DNA of 64,000 nucleotides, taken from assembly GCA_963762565.1 (NCBI GenBank), contig CAVXLD010000001.1, forward strand, positions 288,001 through 352,000, written 5' to 3'. Below are positions 47,821-56,531 of the stretch, piece by piece. Positions within the stretch are counted from its first letter, which is position 1. Every line of letters begins with the position of its first letter. The position numbers and the translations under genes are program-made. Source of the DNA: an uncultured Verrucomicrobiae bacterium. GTDB taxonomy: Bacteria > Verrucomicrobiota > Verrucomicrobiia > Chthoniobacterales > JAFAMB01. The notes below the pieces were generated by a model, which worked only from the letters and a program-made list of their open reading frames with translations, was not told where the DNA came from and searched no databases.

Positions 47821-48207
47821 TCACCATAGCAGCTTTACTTTGTAGCGACGAAACACCGGATCGGGAGTGACGATTCTGAGATCATGAACCGCTGATTGCG
47901 CTAGTAGCAAACGATCAAATGGATCTTTGTGATACACCGGTAGATCTGATGTGCGGTGAATGGTTTCAAGATCAATCGGCCAATCCGTTACTTGGCGCGC
48001 AGAGAGCTGTTGAGCGATCCACGAGCGCGGTTTCTCTGGCAGAACAAGCTTCCCCGCCAGGGATTTCATATGGATCTCCCAGGCGCTCGCGTGGCTCAAG
48101 AATAATTCAGAACTCACATCCGATAGCGCTTTACGCGCTCGAGTACTCAATTTATCGGGATCGGCAGCCAGCCAGATGAAGGTACAAGTATCTAGCAGAA
48201 GTCGCAT
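47821..48207 (-). CDS. PIN-domain VapC toxin
   Basis: LLLDTCTFIW, SAWEI, HKDPFDRLLLAQS, VTPD. Confidence 0.93.
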   Translation of the reverse strand: MRLLLDTCTFIWLAADPDKLSTRARKALSDVSSELFLSHASAWEIHMKSLAGKLVLPEKPRSWIAQQLSARQVTDWPIDLETIHRTSDLPVYHKDPFDRLLLAQSAVHDLRIVTPDPVFRRYKVKLLW

Positions 48208-48447
48208 TCACACGCCCCACTCTCGCAATTCTTCATCAGTCAAAGGCGCGAAACAATCGTCCGAGTAATGGACCGGTTTCGACGTGATAATGCCGGCAGT
48301 TGGCCGTTTTTTATCATTTCGCTGCAGGCCGACCAAGCGAGCAACCGGTTCCTTATCCCGGTACAACACAACTTCCTTACCCGATTCCACTTCTGTAATC
48401 AGCTTTGAAAGGTGCGTTTTGGCTTCATGGATCGTGGCTTTGATCAC
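48208..48447 (-). CDS. Phd/YefM family antitoxin
   Basis: TIHEAKTHLSKLI-x2-VESGKEVVL-x5-PVARLV; directly abuts the toxin gene. Confidence 0.93.
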   Translation of the reverse strand: MIKATIHEAKTHLSKLITEVESGKEVVLYRDKEPVARLVGLQRNDKKRPTAGIITSKPVHYSDDCFAPLTDEELREWGV

Positions 48448-48488
48448 ACCGCAGTATGAATCGGAACCTAAGGTTAGTCAATGGTTAG

Positions 48489-49259
48489 CTAAGCAGCTAT
48501 CAATGTCTCCGTTGCCGCCCGAGCGCGGGCCTCGATTTCCCGTTGGGCCGGCGCCTCCCTTACCCTCAGCAAAAGCCGGATCAGGAGATCACCCCAAAGC
48601 ACCGAAAGATAGCGGGCTGCCAGCGCTGTTGGATCGGCGGCAAGGATTAACCCTCGGGCTTGAGCTTTTCTGATCAGTTCGGTGAGCGCTTTTTGGTTAC
48701 CCTCCCGACCAACGCTATCAAGTGTCCGACCAATCTCAGGCGCCAGATCGGATTCTGAGATCGCGAGCCGGAAAACCGTTAACACCTCGGGTTGGCACGC
48801 TATTTTCAAGATTGATGCGCCGACCTCAACGAGCAAGGCGGCGAGCTCATCCTGGGTTTGCGCCGCAGCAGCCGGAGTGTCCAAAGGCCGGCGCATCTGT
48901 TGGCAGCGTTCGTTGATGCAGGCTGCTAAGACGGCATGTTTATTATTGAACAGAGCATAAAGGTCACGTTTAGAAATTCGGGCTCGCGTGACAATGTCCA
49001 GCATGCTGGTGCTGGAAAAGCCGTTCTGACTGAAAAGGGTAAACGCCGCCCTGAGGACGCGATCGCGGACGGAGGTGGAGACGTCTTTGGACTGAGTCTT
49101 GGACGCAGGTGCGTTTGCGATCAGCCCTTTCTCGACAGCAGGTTTCTGCACTCCTGCAACTCCCGCCCGCAACGCTCCCGCCGCGGCGGATGCGGGCGGG
49201 CCTTGAACTCCGGAACTCCTTCTTTCTATGTGACGCTTAGGTTTTTTAGTTTCTGACAT
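48489..49259 (-). CDS. TetR/AcrR family transcriptional regulator
   Basis: RVLRAAFTLFSQNGFSSTSMLDIVTRARISKRDLYALFNNK HTH; ATG 49259 preferred because the upstream start lies within the operator region. Confidence 0.92.
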   Translation of the reverse strand: MSETKKPKRHIERRSSGVQGPPASAAAGALRAGVAGVQKPAVEKGLIANAPASKTQSKDVSTSVRDRVLRAAFTLFSQNGFSSTSMLDIVTRARISKRDLYALFNNKHAVLAACINERCQQMRRPLDTPAAAAQTQDELAALLVEVGASILKIACQPEVLTVFRLAISESDLAPEIGRTLDSVGREGNQKALTELIRKAQARGLILAADPTALAARYLSVLWGDLLIRLLLRVREAPAQREIEARARAATETLIAA

Positions 49260-49272
49260 TTTCACTTGCTTT

Positions 49273-49322
49273 TGGTACGATACTGTACCATTCATCGAGA
49301 GTTAACGGTACGATATCGTACC
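49273..49322. promoter_or_regulatory. Two palindromic candidate TetR operators
   Basis: tggtacgatactgtacca (49273-49290) and perfect 16-bp palindrome ggtacgatatcgtacc (49307-49322) between the divergent starts. Confidence 0.75.
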
Positions 49323-49354
49323 TACGACCGATTTGCTACTCCTCTTTTCTTATC

Positions 49355-50167
49355 ATGATTAACTCCACAATTCTCCTAACCCGCGCAACCGGAATAACCG
49401 GCGCGACTTTGGCCTCAGGTCCGTATTTCTGGTTGTTATCCTCTTATCTCGTCGCCGCCAACATCGTGATCACACTCGTTCTTCTATTCGGGGTGCGAAT
49501 TGCCTTGCTGAAACAAGGCAAAACCAAGTTCGAGGTACTCCCGATCATTTCGGCTCTCGGTACCGTTCTCATCGCTTGGTACGCTCTGGTACTCTTCTTG
49601 GCCTGCCAGGGAGTCTTCACCTCCGCCCTAAATCAGCAGGTACCCTTAATCGGTTTCGCGATTGGAATTCCGATCATCATTGGTGCTGTGCTGATGACAA
49701 CGTTACGATCCGTCCGCGAGATCATCGCTGCCGTACCTCAGAGCTGGCTGGTGAGGTTCCAATTCTACCGGGTGCTCGGCGTCGTCTTCGTTATCCTGTA
49801 TATGGCGGGTCAATTGCCGGCCATTTTTGGAGTGCCGGCCGGCTACGGTGATGTCCTGGTTGGGGTGACCGCTTTGTTTGTGGGCGCCGCCCAAGCACGC
49901 AGTCTGGCCGCGCGGAATCAGCTGGTCGTGCTGTGGAACTGGTTTGGGCTCGCTGACTTCGTTGTCGCCGTAACCACCGGATTTCTCAGTGCCCCCACCC
50001 GTTTCCAGATTTTCTCACTCGACGCACCCAATACCCTCATCGGTTCGTTTCCGCTCGTGTTGATCCCAATCTATGCGGTGCCGTTGTCCGTGCTTCTTCA
50101 TATAGCATCCCTGACCAAGGTAGCTAAAGCTCACCGGACAGGTGTTGAGAACATGGTGACCGCCTGA
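49355..50167 (+). CDS. Hypothetical multi-pass membrane protein
   Basis: About 8 hydrophobic segments; QFYRVLG, PAGYGDVLVG, WNWFGLADF, FPLVLIP-x3-VP-x4-LH. Confidence 0.8.
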   Translation: MINSTILLTRATGITGATLASGPYFWLLSSYLVAANIVITLVLLFGVRIALLKQGKTKFEVLPIISALGTVLIAWYALVLFLACQGVFTSALNQQVPLIGFAIGIPIIIGAVLMTTLRSVREIIAAVPQSWLVRFQFYRVLGVVFVILYMAGQLPAIFGVPAGYGDVLVGVTALFVGAAQARSLAARNQLVVLWNWFGLADFVVAVTTGFLSAPTRFQIFSLDAPNTLIGSFPLVLIPIYAVPLSVLLHIASLTKVAKAHRTGVENMVTA

Positions 50168-50208
50168 AAGCTCACGCTCTGCGAATTATTACTCGAATTC
50201 TTTTCGCC

Positions 50209-51318
50209 ATGACTAAGCCAAAAATCCTTGTCACCGGTGCAACCGGAAAAACCGGCGGCGCCGTTGTCAGTCAACTGCTGGCCAGCGGTTGGCCAGTACG
50301 AGCCATCGTCCGCGTGCGAGACGCACGTAGCGAGCGGTTGCAGCGCCGCGGCGCGGAGATCGTCGTTGCCGACATTTTCGATCCCGGTCAGCTGATGGAT
50401 GCCATGCGCGGTGCGCAGCGAGCCTACTATTGTCCGCCTTATCATCCCTTCGTGATCCAGAGTGCGTCAGCATTTGCGGCCGCCGCGCGAGAGACGGGCC
50501 TCGAACAGATTGTCGGGCTTTCGCAATGGCTCGCTGGACCCAATCACCCGGCACTAATGTCACGTCAGCTTTGGCTGATCGACCGCATGTTCGGGGCGCT
50601 TCCGGGCATCGCTCACACCGTTGTAAATCCCGGCTTCTTCGCGGACAGCCCGTATCTGGAAATGATGCCGTTCGCAGCCCAGCTCGGAGTGTTGCCGTTG
50701 CCAGGCGCTGCGGAAAGCCGCAACGCCCCGCCCTCGGTCGACGATATTGCCCGCGTTGTGGTCGCTACGCTCCTCGATCCAGCCCGTCATGCCGGGAAGA
50801 GCTACCGCCCGACCGGGCCGAAATTGCTCACCGGTACCGAAATGGCCACGGTCATCGGCCGCGTTGTGGGCCACAAAGTTCGACACGTGAGGACGCCGCT
50901 CTGGATGTTCTACAAAGGGGCCAAGGCACTAGGCATGCAGCCAATCCTGCTCAGCGGCTTGCGGTATTGGCTCCAAGACAATGACCGTGGCGCGTTTGCC
51001 GTCGGCGCACCTAACGATACGGTACGCGAGCTCACCGGCAAGGAAGCCGAAGACTTCGAAACCATCGCCAGGCGCCACGCCGCATTGCCAGCATCACGTC
51101 AGAGCTTCAGCGCGCGGCTCGCCGCCTGGGCGCGCTTCATGGCACTGCCGACGATGCCTGGGTTTAATCCCGGAGCCTACGATCGGGCGCAAGAACACCC
51201 CGTACCGCCCACGCCCCATCTTGCGCTCGACGATACCGACTGGCGAGCGAGCCATCGCACCGAGAGTTCGATCGCCGGAATCATTGGGGGCGAGCTTCAG
51301 GCGAGCGCACATGGCTAG
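50209..51318 (+). CDS. NmrA family NAD(P)-binding protein
   Basis: ILVTGATGKTGG, VRAIVR, SVDDIARV, HAGKSYRPTGP. Confidence 0.9.
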   Translation: MTKPKILVTGATGKTGGAVVSQLLASGWPVRAIVRVRDARSERLQRRGAEIVVADIFDPGQLMDAMRGAQRAYYCPPYHPFVIQSASAFAAAARETGLEQIVGLSQWLAGPNHPALMSRQLWLIDRMFGALPGIAHTVVNPGFFADSPYLEMMPFAAQLGVLPLPGAAESRNAPPSVDDIARVVVATLLDPARHAGKSYRPTGPKLLTGTEMATVIGRVVGHKVRHVRTPLWMFYKGAKALGMQPILLSGLRYWLQDNDRGAFAVGAPNDTVRELTGKEAEDFETIARRHAALPASRQSFSARLAAWARFMALPTMPGFNPGAYDRAQEHPVPPTPHLALDDTDWRASHRTESSIAGIIGGELQASAHG

Positions 51319-51508
51319 AGCAACTGTCCCAGCCAGAGAGATACAGGTCGTGCCGCCGGCAAAACCCGTCATCTGCCCGGACGGAGGCAAACCCTGAACT
51401 CATTGCCGTGAGACCGGCATATTTGCTCTCGATCACGGAAGGATCGTTTTCGAAATGCAGGCAGTCGCGACAAGCCGGTCCGGGTTGAGGGGAAAAGAAT
51501 CGATTCAT
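51281..51508 (-). CDS. Small Cys-rich protein (CxxC...C...C)
   Basis: CRDCLHF ... DGFCRRH ... CSSH; starts 5 nt after the YeiH-like stop. Confidence 0.65.
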   Translation of the reverse strand: MNRFFSPQPGPACRDCLHFENDPSVIESKYAGLTAMSSGFASVRADDGFCRRHDLYLSGWDSCSSHVRSPEARPQ

Positions 51509-51512
51509 GAAA

Positions 51513-51896
51513 TCAGTGGGTCACGGTCGTTGACCAGTATTTACCGAAGATCAACACCGAGAGGATGAATCCGAGGATGATGTTAACGATGGCTCCTGCG
51601 GCAAAGGCCAGGAAAGGCTTGCTGCCGGCGGAGACAAAATCCTTCACGCGTGTGGTAAGACCGATGCTCAGGAAACTGAAGGTAAAGGCCCAGGTACGCA
51701 ACGCCGTAATCGGCGCGATGAGGCCTGGTTTCACCAGTTTATTGTAGTCGCCCAGGGTATAGGCATGCACGATCAGGGTAGTAAGCAAAGAAGCGATCAA
51801 AAATCCGATGACAAATTTCGGGAAACGCCACCAGATCTGCCCCGCTTGAACCTTGCCTCCAGCCTCTTGTTTCTCCCATCGGGTCACTGCGATCAA
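51513..51896 (-). pseudogene. C-terminal fragment of YeiH/putative sulfate exporter family transporter
   Basis: IWWRFPKFVIGF, LRTWAFTFSFLSIGLTT, GSKPFLAF; only about 127 aa remain. Confidence 0.75.
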
Positions 51897-52213
51897 AGCC
51901 CCGGCTTATTGTGCAGAAGCACGAGATCGAACGGCTCCGGAGAGTTGGAAACGATAGTGTGTATGGTATCCATCCAGAGGTCGCTAGACCGGAAATCAGG
52001 GACCTTGTAGCCAAACGCGCGTAGAAATTCATAGGCGTATTGTTGGCAGTTTGCACCACCTGCCAGACCCCGAACGCCGGGAGCTCCCGGGTAACGCTCA
52101 TAATTATAACGGACTTTATGGAACCACTCTGGAATTCTGATCGGCGATTTAGACAAGTCTAATCGGGCGTCTACCATCTGCGAAGACTTTATCTCCTCCA
52201 GAGCAAATGTCAT
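51893..52213 (-). pseudogene. N-terminal fragment of an NlpC/P60-like protein
   Basis: GANCQQYAY (catalytic-Cys-like), SSDLW, EPFDLVL; ends where the His-bearing half would be expected. Confidence 0.55.
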
Positions 52214-52294
52214 CGCCTCGAAGATTGCCGCTCGGGCGCTCGCACCGTTAACTTAGCAGACTATCGAAGAACGGTTTCGACGGGCCGGGCGTTA

Positions 52295-52650
52295 GCCGCG
52301 AAGCGGCGACTCATGATAGCCTAGTGTGCTGTCCCGGAGGGACAAGGTAATAGCAGCCTGGCCTGGAGGGGAGCCGCTTTGGAACGAGCCTAAAGTTCTC
52401 GTGATATTCTATCCATTGCGAGGAACGCCAAATAGGGTGTTAAACAGGCGGCTCCCGGGAATTACCGCACGCAATGTTTTGTCCATAGTTCCGTTCGGAG
52501 ATTGTTCATCCGGGCCTCGTGCCAACAAACCTAACACGCGTTGAAACGTTCCCGGGAGCCGCCTGTTTAAGGAGATTTCCGCTCATGAACCCGTCCAGGC
52601 AAATATCGCGGGGTCTTCTGTTACGTGCCAAAGCGGCTCCCCTCCAGGCC
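52295..52650. repeat. GCCGCGAAGCGGC / GTCCCGGAGGGAC REP-like arm plus four-unit GGAGGGGAGCCGC element
   Basis: 52295-52360 resembles 2145-2192; ggcctggaggggagccgctttgg (52360) ... ccaaagcggctcccctccaggcc (52650). Confidence 0.9.
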
Positions 52651-52716
52651 AGAAGACATGCGTTTTTCAACCGCTTGTCAGGTTCGACACCGTAGATCCG
52701 CGCCGTATTTTGGTTA

Positions 52717-53175
52717 ATGGACGTCCTATTCCTAATACTGATTTGTTCGACCGCCCTGATCCTAGGAAATGAATTCAGTATTCTGTTTTTTATTCATCCG
52801 AGTTTGTCCCGGGCGAATCATTTGAACTTCTTACCGGCGATACAGGTCTTCGCCAAGCTGTTCGGAAAGGTTATGCCGTTCTGGATGGGGGGTACCGTAC
52901 TAGCTCATTTAATCGTTCTTTGGATTACCTGGCACTGGCCCGCTGCTCATTCGCTTTGGCTCTTACTCGCCTCTCTTCTCTGGATCGCAATCGTCCTATT
53001 TAGCCTTATGGGGCCGGTTCCGATTAATGATCGTGTAAAAGGTTGGGACGTTGCGAAGTTACCTCCAGATTGGGAAAACCAGCGCCGGACATGGGACCAG
53101 CTGAATGCTATCAGGGTTGTCTTGATCGTGATCGCGTTCATATCGTTACTTCTAAGTTACAAAAGCCTTGGTTAA
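52717..53175 (+). CDS. DUF1772/anthrone oxygenase-like membrane protein
   Basis: 4 TM; GNEF, VMPFW, VPINDR, W-x6-W-x2-LNAIR. Confidence 0.8.
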   Translation: MDVLFLILICSTALILGNEFSILFFIHPSLSRANHLNFLPAIQVFAKLFGKVMPFWMGGTVLAHLIVLWITWHWPAAHSLWLLLASLLWIAIVLFSLMGPVPINDRVKGWDVAKLPPDWENQRRTWDQLNAIRVVLIVIAFISLLLSYKSLG

Positions 53176-53207
53176 GGCCGCAGGCGACCGAACGGAATCG
53201 CATTACA

Positions 53208-53654
53208 ATGGGTATAGATTATGGCCATCCGCCGAAAGGCGGTTTCGCGAAACTGGTATCCGAACTTCTCGTCGAAGAACTGGGCGAAAGCCTTTCCTTT
53301 TGGCAAGAGGTGCTCGGTTTCGAAATTGCTTATCGGCGGCCTGAGCAGAAATTTGCCTATCTAGAACGACCTGAGGGCGCACAAATCATGTTGTGCGAGC
53401 GATCGGGAGGAAGATCGGAAACCGGACCCATGGAAAAACCGTACGGACGTGGTGTGATGTTCCAAATTTACGTTTCATCAGTCGATCCGATCATCGATCG
53501 CTTGAAGGATTTGCGAGTGCCAATCCATGCCGGTCCAAGGGAAGTATGGAGACGGTATGGTGACCGGGAAGGAGGTAGACTGGAGATTATTGTTCTGGAT
53601 CCTAGTGGTTACCTCATCATGCTGGCCGAAGACCTCGGCGAGAGACTCCTCTAA
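53208..53654 (+). CDS. VOC family (glyoxalase/bleomycin resistance) protein
   Basis: LVSELLV, SLSFW-x2-VLGF, PYGRGVMFQI, VLDPSGYLI. Confidence 0.88.
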   Translation: MGIDYGHPPKGGFAKLVSELLVEELGESLSFWQEVLGFEIAYRRPEQKFAYLERPEGAQIMLCERSGGRSETGPMEKPYGRGVMFQIYVSSVDPIIDRLKDLRVPIHAGPREVWRRYGDREGGRLEIIVLDPSGYLIMLAEDLGERLL

Positions 53655-54056
53655 CGGTCGAGAACCGCAGCATTCAGCTCTTAGCGTCAGTAACCGGAGT
53701 GGTTCGATAGCCGGCGCCCCGATCCGAAGGAATAGACAACGTCGTCTTCCGTATTCCGGAAAAGGCTGGTCGGAATGATGCCCGATACCTGGGTGATGAA
53801 AACTCCACTGTTACGCGCCTGCAACGCGAATCTGCAGGAGCCTACGGCAAGCATTCGCTTTGGGGCCCTTTCACGGATCTCGAAGCATCCAAACTACCGA
53901 TGAGGCCCTCCCGACCCTAGGCCTTAGGTGTGATCTGCTTCGGACGATCTCAGGGTTCACCCGATAGGGATTCAGCAATCACCCCTACCAAAGGAGCATG
54001 GTCTAGCCCGATTTCCTAACTCCTTCGCGCTGTTATCTTTTCAAAAGAAAATAACT

Positions 54057-54641
54057 ATGGACACAGAAACGATATCAAACATTGAATCGAAGTCGGATGC
54101 TGAATTAATGGAAGCGGTTGGCAGACGTGAGCCCGATGCGATTCAAGAAATTTATAAGCGGTACGAATCTACCCTTCGCACGGTGATCCAGAGTGTCTTG
54201 CATGACGACAGCGAGACCGACGACGCTTTGAACGATGTATTTCTGCAGCTTTGGGATCAATCAGACCGATTCATTGCGGAAAAAGGCCTGCATGGCTTTC
54301 TAGTCACTATGGCTCGTCGCCGGGCTCTCGACCGGTTACGTCGGCGCTTAGCCTATCATCGAACCAGGGATCGTTTCGAGACCGAACTAAAAGCCACGTA
54401 TAGAGAGGAAGCAAGAGTGCACCAACCACCAAACGCAGACCTGGCAGATCTGTTGCGCGGGGTCATCGGCACTCTTCCGGTTCCTCAACAGGAAGTGGTG
54501 AACCTGGCTTTTTTTGAAGGCCTAAGCCAACGCGAAATCGCAGCTCGCAAATCCATCGCTCTGGGCACGGTGAAGACGCGCCTCCAGCTTGCTCACAAGA
54601 AACTCTTCAACCAGTTAGCTCCGCTCCAGGCTATGATTTGA
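54057..54641 (+). CDS. ECF RNA polymerase sigma-70 factor
   Basis: SDAELM, NDVFLQLW, MARRRALDRLR, LP-x2-QQEVVNLAFFEGLSQREIA-x4-IALGTVKTRL. Confidence 0.92.
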   Translation: MDTETISNIESKSDAELMEAVGRREPDAIQEIYKRYESTLRTVIQSVLHDDSETDDALNDVFLQLWDQSDRFIAEKGLHGFLVTMARRRALDRLRRRLAYHRTRDRFETELKATYREEARVHQPPNADLADLLRGVIGTLPVPQQEVVNLAFFEGLSQREIAARKSIALGTVKTRLQLAHKKLFNQLAPLQAMI

Positions 54642-54669
54642 TTTTCAATAAAATAGGAAACTCTTCATT

Positions 54670-54909
54670 GTGGCAGACCAACCAGACCAAAAGCAACCGG
54701 GCACAACACTCGCGTTTCAAGCAGCATTGACGCAAGCCATCGAGCTCTGGGACAAAACGCCGGTATCAATTCTGGACCAACAAGCGGTGCAGACCCATGC
54801 GTTGCTATTGGCGATGGGCAAGTACATCACCTATCGCAAAGAAAAAGGGGAGCTAGAGTCGTGCGCGGCTGGCTCAGACTTTTTGAATCGTCTCATAAAA
54901 GAGCTATAA
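54670..54909 (+). CDS. Hypothetical small protein downstream of ECF sigma
   Basis: 79-aa ORF, 28 bp after the sigma gene stop; no recognisable motif. Confidence 0.5.
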   Translation: MADQPDQKQPGTTLAFQAALTQAIELWDKTPVSILDQQAVQTHALLLAMGKYITYRKEKGELESCAAGSDFLNRLIKEL

Positions 54910-55060
54910 ACAAGATCGAGATCCATAAACTCGTTGATCGCCGCCACGCTTCCCGCTCCGATCGCAGGACAAGAAGATCAAACGGCGCAGATTCGGTGGT
55001 TTGATGGAATGGACGCCCGCAACGAAAAAGCCTCGTTAGTTTACCTACCGGCCGATAAAA

Positions 55061-55936
55061 TCACATCGGCATTTGACCCCCAGTCGCGCCATAGATCTCT
55101 CCGGTGACATAGCTACTTTGACCGCTCGCTAGGAAAACAAAAATAGGAGCAATCTCGGCGGGTTGGGCGGCTCGCGCAAAGACCGTGTCTGAGCCGAATT
55201 CTTTCACCTTATTCTTGGGTAATGTAGAAGGGATAAGTGGAGTCCAGACAGGACCTGGTGCAACGGCATTAACTCGGACGCCCTGTTTGATGGCGAGACT
55301 AGCGAGCGATCGCGTGAAACTAACAATCGCCGCCTTGGTCGACGCATAGGCGATCAGACTCGGACTGGGATCGAAGGATTGGATGGAGCCGGTATTAATC
55401 ACGGAGCCACCCGGTTTCATTTGCGGGAGGATGGCTTTGCAAAGACGGAACATCGCGAACACGTTTATTCGATAGGCTTCCTCGAACTCCTCATCGGAAA
55501 TGTCTTCGAACTCGTCATAACTCCGTTGAAAGGCGGCGTTGTTCACCAGGATATCGATGCTACCGAAAGCATCGATCGCTTTTTGGGCGACCTCTTTGGA
55601 TACCGATCGTTCGCCGATATCGCCCGGAATAAGAACCGCTTTGCGGCCGGCCTCGGTAACCAAACGTTCCGTCTCCTTGGCATCTTGGTGCTCCGAAAGG
55701 TAAGAGACAGCAACATCCGCTCCCTCTCTAGCGAAAGCGAGGGCTACCGCCCGGCCTATGCCGCTATCAGCTCCGGTGATTAGCGTATGGAAACCCGCGA
55801 GCTGGCCCGTGCCCGTGTAGGTCAACTCTCCATGATCGACTTTTGGGCTCATTTCCTCCTCGCTTCCGGGAGGAGATTGCTGCCGCTCTGAGTAAGGAGG
55901 CTGTTGATAGAGTTTGCGAGGATCCTGCGTTTTCAC
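55061..55936 (-). CDS. SDR oxidoreductase, YghA/YhdF general-stress type
   Basis: QSPPG-x4-M-x-P-x2-DHGE-x-TY-x-G-x-G, TGADSGIG, NNAAFQ, YASTK, APGPVWTPLIP; GTG 55936. Confidence 0.92.
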   Translation of the reverse strand: MKTQDPRKLYQQPPYSERQQSPPGSEEEMSPKVDHGELTYTGTGQLAGFHTLITGADSGIGRAVALAFAREGADVAVSYLSEHQDAKETERLVTEAGRKAVLIPGDIGERSVSKEVAQKAIDAFGSIDILVNNAAFQRSYDEFEDISDEEFEEAYRINVFAMFRLCKAILPQMKPGGSVINTGSIQSFDPSPSLIAYASTKAAIVSFTRSLASLAIKQGVRVNAVAPGPVWTPLIPSTLPKNKVKEFGSDTVFARAAQPAEIAPIFVFLASGQSSYVTGEIYGATGGQMPM

Positions 55937-56379
55937 GGATATCTTTCTGGGATTACGGTTTCTCGTTGGTTCGCTCGCGGAGCGGTACGCGGCCGCGTAT
56001 GGTCGACACCTATAAAAGGAATGGCTTGAATAGCCACTGTACCTTTTTGCGTGACCGGCATGCTGCCGGTTGTATCGAGTCATTTTCTCGAGCTCAATTC
56101 GAAGAGAAGAGTGGAACGTCGGAACGAAGAGATTCGCTACTCTGCGCCTCGGAATTCAAGACACCAGCGCCGAAATCGATTCGGAAGAACGAGATGCAAA
56201 TGGCCAACGCCGTGGACCTAATGTCAGTCCCGAAACAAAGCCTCTACAAAAGGGCGCCGGGCGCTTTCTAGAAAGCGCCCTGATGCCAAAGCCGGGAATA
56301 TTCTTATGCAGGCAAACCCAGGACCTCACCAAGCTGTCGCACCTCAAGGGTGCAACCTCCCATACCTTTTTTGAAGTGT

Positions 56380-56531
56380 TGCTAGAGCATTTCTATATAG
56401 GAAAAAGCCGAGCGAGCGCACCCGAAACGGTCGGACGTTCCGCCAGCCACGGCTGTATTCGGTTGACGAATTGGGATGCCATCCGCGTGCTTAACTTGAT
56501 AACTCAAGGTGCTACGGTCCGGATTTATTGA
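56380..56531 (+). pseudogene. C-terminal remnant of an L,D-transpeptidase (YkuD) gene
   Basis: PETVGRSASHGCIRLTNWDA...GATVRI motif; the upstream part of the ORF lacks the rest of the domain. Confidence 0.65.

Noticed and set aside
671..52650. CRISPR array interpretation of the many repeats
   Set aside because: No run of identical 23-47 bp direct repeats with regular unique spacers; the repeats are inverted, dispersed and short-period; no cas genes.
40800..53000. Prophage or integrative element
   Set aside because: No integrase, transposase, phage structural genes, tRNA target or att-like direct repeats seen; only TA pairs and gene fragments.
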